Source: Acidimicrobiales bacterium
Lineage (GTDB): Bacteria; Actinomycetota; Acidimicrobiia; Acidimicrobiales; SZUA-35
Assembly (NCBI GenBank): GCA_037969565.1
Contig: JBBKXQ010000049.1
Coordinates: 6,495 to 70,494, forward strand
Reading direction: 5' to 3'
Length of the DNA stretch: 64,000 nucleotides
Every line of letters starts with the position of its first letter. Position 1 is the first letter of the stretch. A program made the translations under genes and the position numbers. Below are positions 11,502 through 20,757 of the stretch, piece after piece. Under the pieces are notes generated by a model, which was not told the origin of the DNA, did not search any database, and saw nothing but the letters and a program-made list of their open reading frames with translations.

Positions 11502-12806
11502 ATGAACCCGTCCGAACGAATGCTCGTCGATCTCGCAGCGTCGCCAACGCCCTATCACGCCGTTGCGCGATCACTGGGTCTGCTCACCGAGGCCGGGTTC
11601 GTCGAGGTCGAGGTCGACCAACCGTTTCCGAGCTCACCGGGTTCCTACGTCACCACCGTGTCGGGAACCCTGATTGCATGGATCTCTCCCGACGTCGACT
11701 CGGGTCGAGGCTTCGTGGTGGTGGGTGCGCACACCGATTCTCCCAACCTGCGGGTCCGGCTGCGTCCCGACGTGACGTCGGCTGGTTGGTCGCAGGTGGG
11801 TGTGGAGGTCTACGGCGGTGTCCTCACCAATTCCTGGCTCGACCGTGATCTCGGTTTGGCCGGACGGGTCGTCGTTCGATCGGGCGGACCCGAGGCGACG
11901 AAGACTCATCTGCTGCGAGACGATCGGGCAATTCTGCGGGTGCCGCAACTGGCCATCCACCTCGATCGCGAGATTCGGGAGAACGGTTTGCGGCTCGATC
12001 CACAGCTCCATCTCACTCCTCTTTGGGCCCTCGGCACCTCCGAAGAGGGTGATTTCGGTCGTTATGTGGCAGCCCAGATCGGGGTCGACGCCGACGACGT
12101 GCTCTCCTGGGATCTGATGGCCTTCGATGTGCAGCCGCCGGCGATCGTCGGATTGCGAGACGAGTTCATCGCGTCGGCTCGTATCGACAACCTGTTCTCC
12201 AGTTTCTGTGGTGTACACGCACTCACCTCGGTGTCAACCGGCGGCGGGGTTGCGGCGGCGACCAATGGACCACTGCGAACTCCGGTGCTCGCCCTCTACG
12301 ACCATGAAGAGGTCGGCTCCACCTCGTCGACGGGTGCCGCCGGCGCCCTGCTGTCCAATGTGCTCGAGCGGATCACCGCATCCCGCGGCGGCGACCGCGT
12401 CGCCCATCTGGAATCACTCGCCCGCTCCTATGTCGTGTCGGCCGATGGTGCGCACGCCACCCATCCCAACTACGTCGAGAAGCACGAACCCAACCATCCG
12501 ATTGCCATCAACGGTGGCGTCGTGGTGAAACGCAACTCCAATCAGCGTTACGCCTCCGATGCGGCCAGCGAAGCACCGTTCCGTCTGGCGTGCGCCGAGG
12601 CCGGCATTCCCGTGCAGACCTACATCCATCGAAACGACCTCCCCTGCGGCTCGACCATCGGGCCCATCACGTCGGCTCGCCTGGGTGTACCAACGGTCGA
12701 TATCGGGGCCCCACAACTCGCGATGCACAGCATTCGAGAACTGGCCGGCACCGACGATGTCGCTCACCTCACCGACTCGCTGCGAGCCATGTGGCTATCG
12801 GCCTGA
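11502..12806 (+). CDS. apeB: M18 family aspartyl aminopeptidase
   Basis: SPTPYHAV, GAHTDSP, RIDNL, DHEEVGS, DGAHATHPNY, CGSTIGP, AMHSIRE. Confidence 0.92.
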   Translation: MNPSERMLVDLAASPTPYHAVARSLGLLTEAGFVEVEVDQPFPSSPGSYVTTVSGTLIAWISPDVDSGRGFVVVGAHTDSPNLRVRLRPDVTSAGWSQVGVEVYGGVLTNSWLDRDLGLAGRVVVRSGGPEATKTHLLRDDRAILRVPQLAIHLDREIRENGLRLDPQLHLTPLWALGTSEEGDFGRYVAAQIGVDADDVLSWDLMAFDVQPPAIVGLRDEFIASARIDNLFSSFCGVHALTSVSTGGGVAAATNGPLRTPVLALYDHEEVGSTSSTGAAGALLSNVLERITASRGGDRVAHLESLARSYVVSADGAHATHPNYVEKHEPNHPIAINGGVVVKRNSNQRYASDAASEAPFRLACAEAGIPVQTYIHRNDLPCGSTIGPITSARLGVPTVDIGAPQLAMHSIRELAGTDDVAHLTDSLRAMWLSA

Positions 12807-12908
12807 CCTGCCACTAGCGTTCCCGGTCGCCGTGCCAGTCCGTATTGCGGGCGCGCGCCTATTCAGCAATCGAACAAGCACTCTCAGCTCATGACCCGAG
12901 GAGTTTTC

Positions 12909-15011
12909 GTGGAAGCCGTCCCGTATCTGGCCTTCTTGTCGGCACTTGCCGCACTTGGTTTGGCCGCCTACTTCTTCCAAGACGTGAAGAAGGCAAGCCC
13001 CGGCAGTGACCGCATGATCTTCCTCATGACGGAAATCCAGAACGGGGCCAAGGCCTTCCTGAAGGCCGAGTACACGTGGGTCGCCGGATTCGCCGTGGTC
13101 ATGGCCGTGCTCATCGGTGCCGTTATCGCCCCGCTCGGTGCTGTCACCTATCTCCTCGGTGCCTTCCTCTCGGCTTTCGCCGGTTATGTCGGCATGACGG
13201 TGGCCACGATGGCCAACGCTCGTACCACCGAGGCCGCCAAATACGGCCCCGGAAAGGCCCTGCCGATCGCCTTCCGAGGCGGAGCCGTCATGGGCTTCTC
13301 GGTGGCCGGATTGGCGCTCGGCGGCCTCATGATCACCTACATCCTGTTCGTGCTCGTCCTCGAGGTCGACGACGCCTTCGAAATCGTCACGGCCTACGGC
13401 CTCGGCGCATCCACCATCGCCCTCTTCAGCCGTGTCGGCGGAGGCATCTACACCAAAGCTGCAGACGTCGGAGCCGACCTCGTCGGCAAGGTGGAAGCCG
13501 GAATCCCCGAAGACGATCCCCGCAACCCCGCCACCATTGCCGACAACGTCGGCGACAACGTTGGCGACGTCGCCGGCATGGGCGCCGACCTCTTCGAGTC
13601 CTACGCCGGGTCGATCATCGCCCCGATCTCGCTGGTGGCCTTCGCTCTCGCCCTCACCGCCGATCAGGCCTCTGATGCCACCAACATCTCGCTCCTGCTC
13701 TTCCCGATCGCCATCGCCTTCGTCGGCATGGTGGCATCGATCATCGGCTCGTTCATGGTCAAGGGTGGCGAGTCCACCGACTCGAAGGACCTCAGCAAGG
13801 CCCTTCACCTCAGCACCAACGTGGCCATGGGAATCACGGTCGTCGCCACCCTCGGCATCGCCTACTGGCTGTTCGGCAACAACGACGCCTTCGACAACCC
13901 GCTCGGGCTGGCCGTTTCCGTCATCGGCGGACTCATCATCGGTTGGGCACTCGGCAAGACGGCCGAGTACTACACCTCGGAACACTTCGGTCCGGTGAAG
14001 AAGATCGCCCAGCAGACCGAAACCGGTCCCGCCACCACGATTCTCGGTGGAATCTCCGCCGGCATGATCTCGGTGGCTGCTTCGGTCGGTCTCATCGGCA
14101 TCGGCGTCGGTATCGCCTACTGGGGCGGCGAACTCGCTTTCGACAACATCGGTGCACTCCAAGGCGGCATCTACGGCATCGCGGTTGCCGCCATCGGCAT
14201 GCTTGCCACCACGGGAGTCGTCGTGTCCGTCGACGCCTACGGCCCAATCGCCGACAACGCCGGCGGAATCGCCGAGATGGCCAACCTCGATCCGTCGGTT
14301 CGAGAGGTCACCGACGCACTCGACTCACTCGGCAACACCACCGCCGCTGTGGCCAAGGGCTTCGCCGTGGGTTCGGCTGCTCTCACTGCGCTTGCACTGT
14401 TCAAGAGCTTCGAGTTCGCGATCATCCAGGCTTCCGGCGGCGACACCGTGCTCAATCTCAACGTCGGGAACGTCGACGTGTTCATCGGTTTGTTCATCGG
14501 TGCCGCGCTTCCGTTCCTCTTCGCTGCACTCACGATCGACGCCGTCGGTCGAGCCGCACAGGAGATGATCGAAGAGGTTCGTCGTCAGTTCCGTGAGATT
14601 CCGGGTCTTCGCGAAGGCGTCGAGGGTGTCAACCCCGACTCCGCTCGTTGCGTCGCCATCTCTACCCAGGCCTCGCTGAAGGAAATGGTGATCCCGGGCT
14701 CGCTGGCCGTCGTCGTTCCCCTCGTCGTCGGGTTCATCGACGTCGACGCACTCGGCGGTCTGCTTGCTGGTGCCCTCGTCACCGGATTCGCCCTGGCCAT
14801 CTTCATGGCCAACGCCGGTGGTGCCTGGGACAACGCCAAGAAGTACATCGAAGCCGGTGCCCACGGTGGCAAGGGTTCCGAGCAGCACAAGGCAGCTGTG
14901 GTCGGAGACACCGTCGGTGATCCTTTCAAGGACACGTCAGGTCCGGCCATGAACATTCTCATCAAGGTGATGACCATCGTGAGCCTGGTGTTCGCCAGCG
15001 CCTTCGTCTGA
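12909..15011 (+). CDS. hppA: Membrane-integral pyrophosphatase, K+-dependent, probably Na+-translocating
   Basis: [63 protein letters not shown]; GTG 12909 after GAGGAG. Confidence 0.95.
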   Translation: MEAVPYLAFLSALAALGLAAYFFQDVKKASPGSDRMIFLMTEIQNGAKAFLKAEYTWVAGFAVVMAVLIGAVIAPLGAVTYLLGAFLSAFAGYVGMTVATMANARTTEAAKYGPGKALPIAFRGGAVMGFSVAGLALGGLMITYILFVLVLEVDDAFEIVTAYGLGASTIALFSRVGGGIYTKAADVGADLVGKVEAGIPEDDPRNPATIADNVGDNVGDVAGMGADLFESYAGSIIAPISLVAFALALTADQASDATNISLLLFPIAIAFVGMVASIIGSFMVKGGESTDSKDLSKALHLSTNVAMGITVVATLGIAYWLFGNNDAFDNPLGLAVSVIGGLIIGWALGKTAEYYTSEHFGPVKKIAQQTETGPATTILGGISAGMISVAASVGLIGIGVGIAYWGGELAFDNIGALQGGIYGIAVAAIGMLATTGVVVSVDAYGPIADNAGGIAEMANLDPSVREVTDALDSLGNTTAAVAKGFAVGSAALTALALFKSFEFAIIQASGGDTVLNLNVGNVDVFIGLFIGAALPFLFAALTIDAVGRAAQEMIEEVRRQFREIPGLREGVEGVNPDSARCVAISTQASLKEMVIPGSLAVVVPLVVGFIDVDALGGLLAGALVTGFALAIFMANAGGAWDNAKKYIEAGAHGGKGSEQHKAAVVGDTVGDPFKDTSGPAMNILIKVMTIVSLVFASAFV

Positions 15012-15047
15012 GTAACTCGTTCATCCGAGCAATCAATTCACCTGCTC

Positions 15048-15092
15048 ACGCGAACTCCCCGCACGTCGAACGTGCGGGGAGTTCCGCGTTTT
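15048..15092 (+). terminator. Intrinsic terminator downstream of hppA
   Basis: AACTCCCCGCACG-tcgaa-CGTGCGGGGAGTT stem extended by ACGCG/CGCGT, followed by TTT. Confidence 0.8.
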
Positions 15093-15108
15093 GGCTACGT
15101 TGCCGGCA

Positions 15109-16023
15109 ATGGCACTGCACAAACCGTCCGTCCACAAACTGAGCAGCACCGACGCCTTCGTCGTCACCGATATCGCGGAGGCACCCGCAACGGGCGTGGT
15201 TCGAGCAGGCAAGAAGATCCTGGAGAGCAGCGCAACCGACCTCGCTCGCTCGGCGACCTACACGTTTGCCGCCTTCGGCATGCAGCGAAGCGGGGCGTCG
15301 GCGGGAATCAATGCCCTCGACGACGAGGTCGCGGCGGCCACGGCTGCATTCTGCGCCGAGTTGGAAGCCACCGTCCGAACCGGCGAACTGCACCTCGATC
15401 CCGGAAAGGGCACGAGTGAGCAAGATCTTGCTCCCCTGATCGCTGCCGCCGACCGACACCCGCTCGCCGGTTCCTTGGAGGCAACAGTCGCCGGCGTCAT
15501 CGCCGCCGCCGGATGGGCGAACGGTGGCACCCTCGGTGGTGCGTCGGTGGCCATCGAGGGCGATGGGCCGATCCCCGAAGCGTTGGCTGAAGCCGTCACC
15601 GCTGCCGGAGCCACCGTGATGGAAATTGCGAACGTGGCAACCAAACCCTGGCTCATCTGGGGAGCAACAGCCGATTTGATTCTGGCCGGCTCGAAGCCGG
15701 GAACGCTCACCCATCAAGGGGTGCCGATGTTCAAGGCCAAGGCGGTCGTGCCCTGGGGCCCGATTCCTTTCACGACGAAGGCCTTCGCCGATCTCCGAAA
15801 GGCTGGTGTGATCGTCGTCCCCGATTTCTTGTCGGCCGCCGGTGCCACGATCGTCGGCTACCTCGACGATCCTTCCTTGGAGTCGATTTCCAGCAGAATC
15901 ACCGATGTCTTGGAGGATTCCCAACACGATGACGGGGTACTACTGGGCGCCTGCTATCGGGCCGAGACCTTCCTGCAGACCTGGGTTTCCACTCCCCTCT
16001 TCGGGCGACCCCTGGCGGCCTGA
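15109..16023 (+). CDS. Glu/Leu/Phe/Val dehydrogenase-like protein with degenerate active site
   Basis: LARSATYTFAAFGMQRSGASAGIN, VAIEGDG and VVPDFLSAAG align by eye with GDH/LeuDH motifs; TACGTT 7 nt before ATG. Confidence 0.65.
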   Translation: MALHKPSVHKLSSTDAFVVTDIAEAPATGVVRAGKKILESSATDLARSATYTFAAFGMQRSGASAGINALDDEVAAATAAFCAELEATVRTGELHLDPGKGTSEQDLAPLIAAADRHPLAGSLEATVAGVIAAAGWANGGTLGGASVAIEGDGPIPEALAEAVTAAGATVMEIANVATKPWLIWGATADLILAGSKPGTLTHQGVPMFKAKAVVPWGPIPFTTKAFADLRKAGVIVVPDFLSAAGATIVGYLDDPSLESISSRITDVLEDSQHDDGVLLGACYRAETFLQTWVSTPLFGRPLAA

Positions 16024-16032
16024 CCGGCACGA

Positions 16033-18165
16033 TCACCGACCGGTCAAGATCTCCAGCGCGAGGCGGACAGCCGCAGGGCGGTCGCCGAATCGTTCGGCGT
16101 CGTTCCAGGCGGAAATCTCCAGCTCGGTGGGGAACCGATCCAGGACGGTGTACCCCAGCAGATCGTTGAAGGCGACCTGATCGATCGAGCGGCGATACTC
16201 CACCGATTCGGTGAGCGCCAGAACCAGGTGGCCCCGATCGAGACCGGCCCGTAGCTGCGAGATCCAGAACGATCGTCCATTGGGGTCGGCGTCGCGCCTC
16301 AGCACCTGTGCGTACAGCGCATCGACGAACTCGGCGTCATCGAGCTGACGGCCCTGAGCGAACTCGAGCGAGACGGCAAACGATCGAGCGATGATCGGGT
16401 CCTCGACGCCTCGCTGCGCCTGACTCCGCCAGAAATCGAACCCGCCCTGGTCCGGCTGCCGATGGAGCAGGCCGTGATAGAGGCGCACGATCACTTGCTG
16501 ATGCTGGGCCGGCTCCGACTCGAACAGTTCAGCGAGAACACCAGCGCTCCCGACGATGCGAGCCCGGGCGACAAGGAGGTCGGCGTTGATTCCCGGGGAG
16601 TCGTCGAACACCAACGCTGGTCCGACAATACGTTCAACCACGCTGAGGAATCGCTCGGCGGTTGCAAAGGGCGGCAACGCCAATGGCGTGCCCAGCTCGG
16701 GCGCTTCGACCCAGAGGCCCTCGGTGGCTGCATTCCCGGCCCGTACGCGGACACCGAAGGTCTGCCCGTTGGTCAGCCCCGTGATCTGCGGACGATCAGG
16801 ATCCAGGCGGTGCACGCTGCTCACGCCCGCTGAGGAGCTGAGCTCGACATCGAAATAGGCGGGGGGTGGACCGAGCGACAAATCGCCGACGTCGACCGAG
16901 AGGGTGATGCTGCTGTCACCGGCACTGACCTCGACGGATTGAACGTCGGCCGGCGGGCGACGCAACGGATAGCCCAGACGCTGAAGCACGGCCAGAGCTG
17001 CGTTGTCGATGACTCGTTCAGACTCGCCGAGGCCGAGGAACGGCGTGAGTAGGGGCTGGTTCAGTCCGTAGCGCTCCTCGTCGAGGTGAGCCACCGAACT
17101 CCCTCGATCCCAGAGGGAGGGAGCATACAACTCAACGGCCTCCCGACCCGGTAGATCGAACCAGAGCCGGCCACTCGTGAGGGCTCCGACCTCGCCGACG
17201 GCAACTGGCGACTGCACCGCGCAACCTGATTCAGTTTCCTGCTCACAGAGGAACATCATGCGGTCGTACACGAAGGGCACCTGATCTCCGAGTGGCCACC
17301 GCACCTCGCCGGCGCCCGCAGCGTCGATTCCCAACTCGGCCGAGCTGATGAATCCCCAGCCATGACCGAGCTCGTGGAGAATCACCGACTGGAGGTCGAT
17401 CTGTGTCGGGGACGGGGCACCCTCGCTGATGTTCCAGACCCGACCGTCAACACCGGCGGATTGGTTCAGGAGTACGAGAACGTCGGGATCCCGGGAGAGG
17501 TCGCACGGATCGCGGGGCGAGAAGTCGACACCGAGCAGTTGATTGGCCAAAGCAACCGGATAACGAGACCCGGGGTCGGGCAGTCGTTCGTCTTGAACAA
17601 ACGATCCTGGGCCTGCCGCACCGAGGGATTGGGGTGAACCGAAGTCGAGCCAATACAAATCGATCTCGATCGTGGGTCCCGCCAAACCGAGTTCGGTGGC
17701 CCAGGCCTCGACCGCTGCCTTGGCCAGCACCTGAACCGCTTCAGGGGTCGATGATCCGAAACAAATCCTGACGGCCTGATCGACGCCGGATGGATCAGAA
17801 GCAACGTCGCCTGCGACCCCGACTGGTTCGGCCTCGACCGCTGCTGCGACTGCCTCACCCAGCAACGCGGCTGTCCGTCGCGTCTGCACTGGGTCGGGCG
17901 TGACGCCATCGATGGTGTCGATGACGAGCACACCAGGAGTGATGGACGCTGTGTCGTCGGAAGCTGCTGTGTCGGCGGCGGCTGCTGTGTCGGCGGCGGC
18001 TGCTGTGTTGTCGGCGGCTGCGACGACATCGGGTCGGACCGCGCCGTACGACATCGTTGCGAGAGCAAGGCCGGAAACGATCACGGGCGCGCCGACACGA
18101 ACCAGCCAAGAACTCCGTCGGGTTCGTGTGGCCCTCACCACCCAAGCTCCTCGCATCCGGAACAA
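16033..18165 (-). CDS. Secreted zinc metalloprotease-like protein with FN3 and C-terminal DUF4214 repeats
   Basis: Signal-like N terminus, LHELGHGWGF, SSVAHLDE, GLTNGQTFGVRVRAGN, RLYHGLLHRQPDQGGFDFW, FVDALYAQVLRRDADPNGRSFW; start uncertain. Confidence 0.75.
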   Translation of the reverse strand: MFRMRGAWVVRATRTRRSSWLVRVGAPVIVSGLALATMSYGAVRPDVVAAADNTAAAADTAAAADTAASDDTASITPGVLVIDTIDGVTPDPVQTRRTAALLGEAVAAAVEAEPVGVAGDVASDPSGVDQAVRICFGSSTPEAVQVLAKAAVEAWATELGLAGPTIEIDLYWLDFGSPQSLGAAGPGSFVQDERLPDPGSRYPVALANQLLGVDFSPRDPCDLSRDPDVLVLLNQSAGVDGRVWNISEGAPSPTQIDLQSVILHELGHGWGFISSAELGIDAAGAGEVRWPLGDQVPFVYDRMMFLCEQETESGCAVQSPVAVGEVGALTSGRLWFDLPGREAVELYAPSLWDRGSSVAHLDEERYGLNQPLLTPFLGLGESERVIDNAALAVLQRLGYPLRRPPADVQSVEVSAGDSSITLSVDVGDLSLGPPPAYFDVELSSSAGVSSVHRLDPDRPQITGLTNGQTFGVRVRAGNAATEGLWVEAPELGTPLALPPFATAERFLSVVERIVGPALVFDDSPGINADLLVARARIVGSAGVLAELFESEPAQHQQVIVRLYHGLLHRQPDQGGFDFWRSQAQRGVEDPIIARSFAVSLEFAQGRQLDDAEFVDALYAQVLRRDADPNGRSFWISQLRAGLDRGHLVLALTESVEYRRSIDQVAFNDLLGYTVLDRFPTELEISAWNDAERFGDRPAAVRLALEILTGR

Positions 18166-18198
18166 ACGTTAGCCGTCTGATCACACTATGGTCTCGCC

Positions 18199-19134
18199 GT
18201 GGTTCGATTCGACGAAAAAGCGAACGCAGCGGGTCGGCAATACGTTGAGGACCGTCGTGGTCAACGGCCTCGGGCCTCCTCGGGAGCCGGAGCAATCGGT
18301 GGTGGCATACCCATCGGCAAGGGCGGAATCGGCGGCATCATCATCGCCATCCTCATCGCCGTTCTGGGCGGAGGCAGCCTGCTCGGCGGCGCCACGTCAT
18401 CATCTCAGGCCACCGGAGTCGAGCCACCGCTCAGCTCAGGCACGGCCGGGGCCGACGAGGCCCAGATCATCTACATCGGCGCTCTGATGGGCGACATCCA
18501 AGACACCTGGGACCGCAAGTTTGCTGCGGCCGGGCGCCAATTCGAATACACCACGATCGTCCCGTTCACCGGGTCGGTCTCCACCGGGTGCGGCAACGCC
18601 ACCTCGGCTGTCGGTCCGTTCTACTGCCCGGCCCCCGGCGACAACAAGGTCTACCTCGACCTCGGTTTCTGGGATGAACTCGCCACCAAATTCGGGGCCC
18701 CCGGCGACTTTGCCCAGGCTTACGTGATCGCCCACGAAGTCGGTCACCACATCCAGTCGATCACCGGCATCAGCGACAGCATCCGCAACGTCCAGGCCCA
18801 AAACCCCAGTCTCCAGAACGAACTCTCGGTGCGCCAAGAACTCCAGGCCGACTGCTTGGCCGGTGTCTGGGCCAACGATGCGTCTCAGCGAACCAACTCC
18901 GATGGCACCAAGATCATCGAAGTCGGAGACATCGAGGAAGGTCTGGCAGCCGCGGCCGGCGTTGGCGACGACCGGATCCAGTCCCAGGCCGGCATGACCG
19001 TCGACTCCCACGGATGGACCCACGGCTCATCCGCCGCCCGTCAGAACTGGTTCATGGAAGGCTTCAACACCGGCGACCCCGAAGCCTGTGACACCTTCGG
19101 CGACAGCGTCTCCCGTTCCGACATCGGGCTGTGA
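18199..19134 (+). CDS. Neutral zinc metallopeptidase (YpfJ-like)
   Basis: GPFYCP, GDFAQAYVIAHEVGHHIQ, ELQADCLAGVW, THGSS; TATGGT 6 nt before GTG. Confidence 0.9.
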   Translation: MVRFDEKANAAGRQYVEDRRGQRPRASSGAGAIGGGIPIGKGGIGGIIIAILIAVLGGGSLLGGATSSSQATGVEPPLSSGTAGADEAQIIYIGALMGDIQDTWDRKFAAAGRQFEYTTIVPFTGSVSTGCGNATSAVGPFYCPAPGDNKVYLDLGFWDELATKFGAPGDFAQAYVIAHEVGHHIQSITGISDSIRNVQAQNPSLQNELSVRQELQADCLAGVWANDASQRTNSDGTKIIEVGDIEEGLAAAAGVGDDRIQSQAGMTVDSHGWTHGSSAARQNWFMEGFNTGDPEACDTFGDSVSRSDIGL

Positions 19135-19139
19135 CATGG

Positions 19140-19182
19140 GGGCGGCTTCGCCGCCCTCACATTAGGGCGGCTTCGCCGCCCT
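19140..19182. repeat. Two copies of an 18-bp palindrome GGGCGGCTTCGCCGCCCT (REP-like or bidirectional terminator)
   Basis: Copies at 19140-19157 and 19165-19182 between convergent genes. Confidence 0.75.
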
Positions 19183-19245
19183 GCTGACTCGCATCTGACC
19201 ATCTCTCTCGAGCGTCCCTCCTCCGTCGGGAACGCGTGGGCGGAG

Positions 19246-19872
19246 TCAGGGAGATGGGTGCGTCATTCTGACGATTCGGGCCGGGCTGCCGACGGCCACG
19301 CTGTGATCAGGCAAGTCCTTCGTGACCACGCTGCCCGCCCCCACTGCTACCTGACGCCCGATACTCACACCCGGTAACACCACGACGTTCGCTCCGAGCC
19401 ACGAGCCAGAGCCGATTCGGACCGGTTTCTCGGCCGCCATTTGACGCCCGATCGGCGTGTACGGATCTTCCACACCGTGATTCTGATCGGTGACATACAC
19501 GTTCGGACCGAAGAACACGTCGTCCTCGATGACGATCTCGAAATGGCCGACGATGCTGCTGCTCCGCCCGATCACACAACGATCCCCGACTTGCACGATT
19601 CGGTCGCTGATGAGTTCCTGGCCCGGGACCATCCCGGCGCTCAACGAGCAATACGGACCGAACAGCGTGTCTTCACCGATCCTGATGGCGTGCTCGCCGA
19701 ACAACGCGGCGGGCGGAAAGCAGATGATGGATCCCGATCCATACGCCGCGAATCGGTTGGCTCGGCGCGACGTCGGCATGATCGCGGCCCGACGGGTGAC
19801 CCATTCGTGGGCGGCCAGCAGCGCATCGGCGCGCCACAACCTCGGGTTACCGATGTTCCGCTGCTCGGCCAT
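19246..19872 (-). CDS. Hexapeptide-repeat acyltransferase
   Basis: [50 protein letters not shown]. Confidence 0.9.
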   Translation of the reverse strand: MAEQRNIGNPRLWRADALLAAHEWVTRRAAIMPTSRRANRFAAYGSGSIICFPPAALFGEHAIRIGEDTLFGPYCSLSAGMVPGQELISDRIVQVGDRCVIGRSSSIVGHFEIVIEDDVFFGPNVYVTDQNHGVEDPYTPIGRQMAAEKPVRIGSGSWLGANVVVLPGVSIGRQVAVGAGSVVTKDLPDHSVAVGSPARIVRMTHPSP

Positions 19873-20757
19873 TCATCGGGCCTGGGCTGATCCGGTGGAG
19901 GCGGCAAGAGCAACCGCGATCAGGCCAGCGATTCGGGCGTTGTTCTCGGCCAGGGCGAGGTTGGTCGGAATGCTGTCTCCGTCGGTGGCCTCGGCGAGCG
20001 CTCCCAGAATCACCGGGGTGACCGCCGAACCCGACACGCCGGCCTCGGCTGCTTTCGCCAGCGCTTGGTCAACAGCGATCGCCAGTCGTTCGAAATCCAT
20101 TGCCGACTCTTCGGGCACAGGCGCCGCAACCAGCAGTCCCCCGCCACCGAGATTCCAATGGGCTCGAGCAATCCGGGCCACTTCGTCGGCCGAGTCGACC
20201 CGATGGGGCACCGGTAAGTTGCTGGAACGAGCGTGGAAGGCAGGAAAGTCGTCGGTCTGCCACCCGAGAACCACGACACTGTCGGTTTCCATTCGCTCGA
20301 CCGTGGCTGCGAGGTCGAGAAAGACCTTGGCCCCCGCACTCACGGTGACGACCTGATGTTTGGCCAACGCTCCGAGGTCGGCGCTGATGTCGGAGGTGTC
20401 GGCCCAACCCCGATGCACACCACCGATGCCACCCGTGGCGAACACCTCGATACCGGCGTCGGCTGCCAACACAAGAGAGGCCGAAACCGTTGTGGCGCCA
20501 TAGTCCCAACCCTGGCCGATGGCCACGCCGAGATCTCGGGCTGCGACTTTGCGTGTGGGCCCACAGATCCTCTGATGCTCGGCCGCGTCGACCCCCACGC
20601 GAGCCACCCCGTCGAGGACTGCGGTGATCAGCGGATCTGCCCCGGAGGCGCGGACGGCCGCGAGGCAACGGTCCAGCGCCTCGAGATTGTGCGGCGAAGG
20701 AAGACCGAGGTGAGAGAAGATCGTGGATTCGAGGGCTACTCGGGCCCGGTCGCTCAT
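19873..20757 (-). CDS. psuG: Pseudouridine-5'-phosphate glycosidase
   Basis: VALESTIFSHLGLP, GATTVSAS, FATGGIGGVHRG, DISADL, SAGAK, VTP, N..L..NNA; ATGA overlap with upstream gene. Confidence 0.9.
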   Translation of the reverse strand: MSDRARVALESTIFSHLGLPSPHNLEALDRCLAAVRASGADPLITAVLDGVARVGVDAAEHQRICGPTRKVAARDLGVAIGQGWDYGATTVSASLVLAADAGIEVFATGGIGGVHRGWADTSDISADLGALAKHQVVTVSAGAKVFLDLAATVERMETDSVVVLGWQTDDFPAFHARSSNLPVPHRVDSADEVARIARAHWNLGGGGLLVAAPVPEESAMDFERLAIAVDQALAKAAEAGVSGSAVTPVILGALAEATDGDSIPTNLALAENNARIAGLIAVALAASTGSAQAR

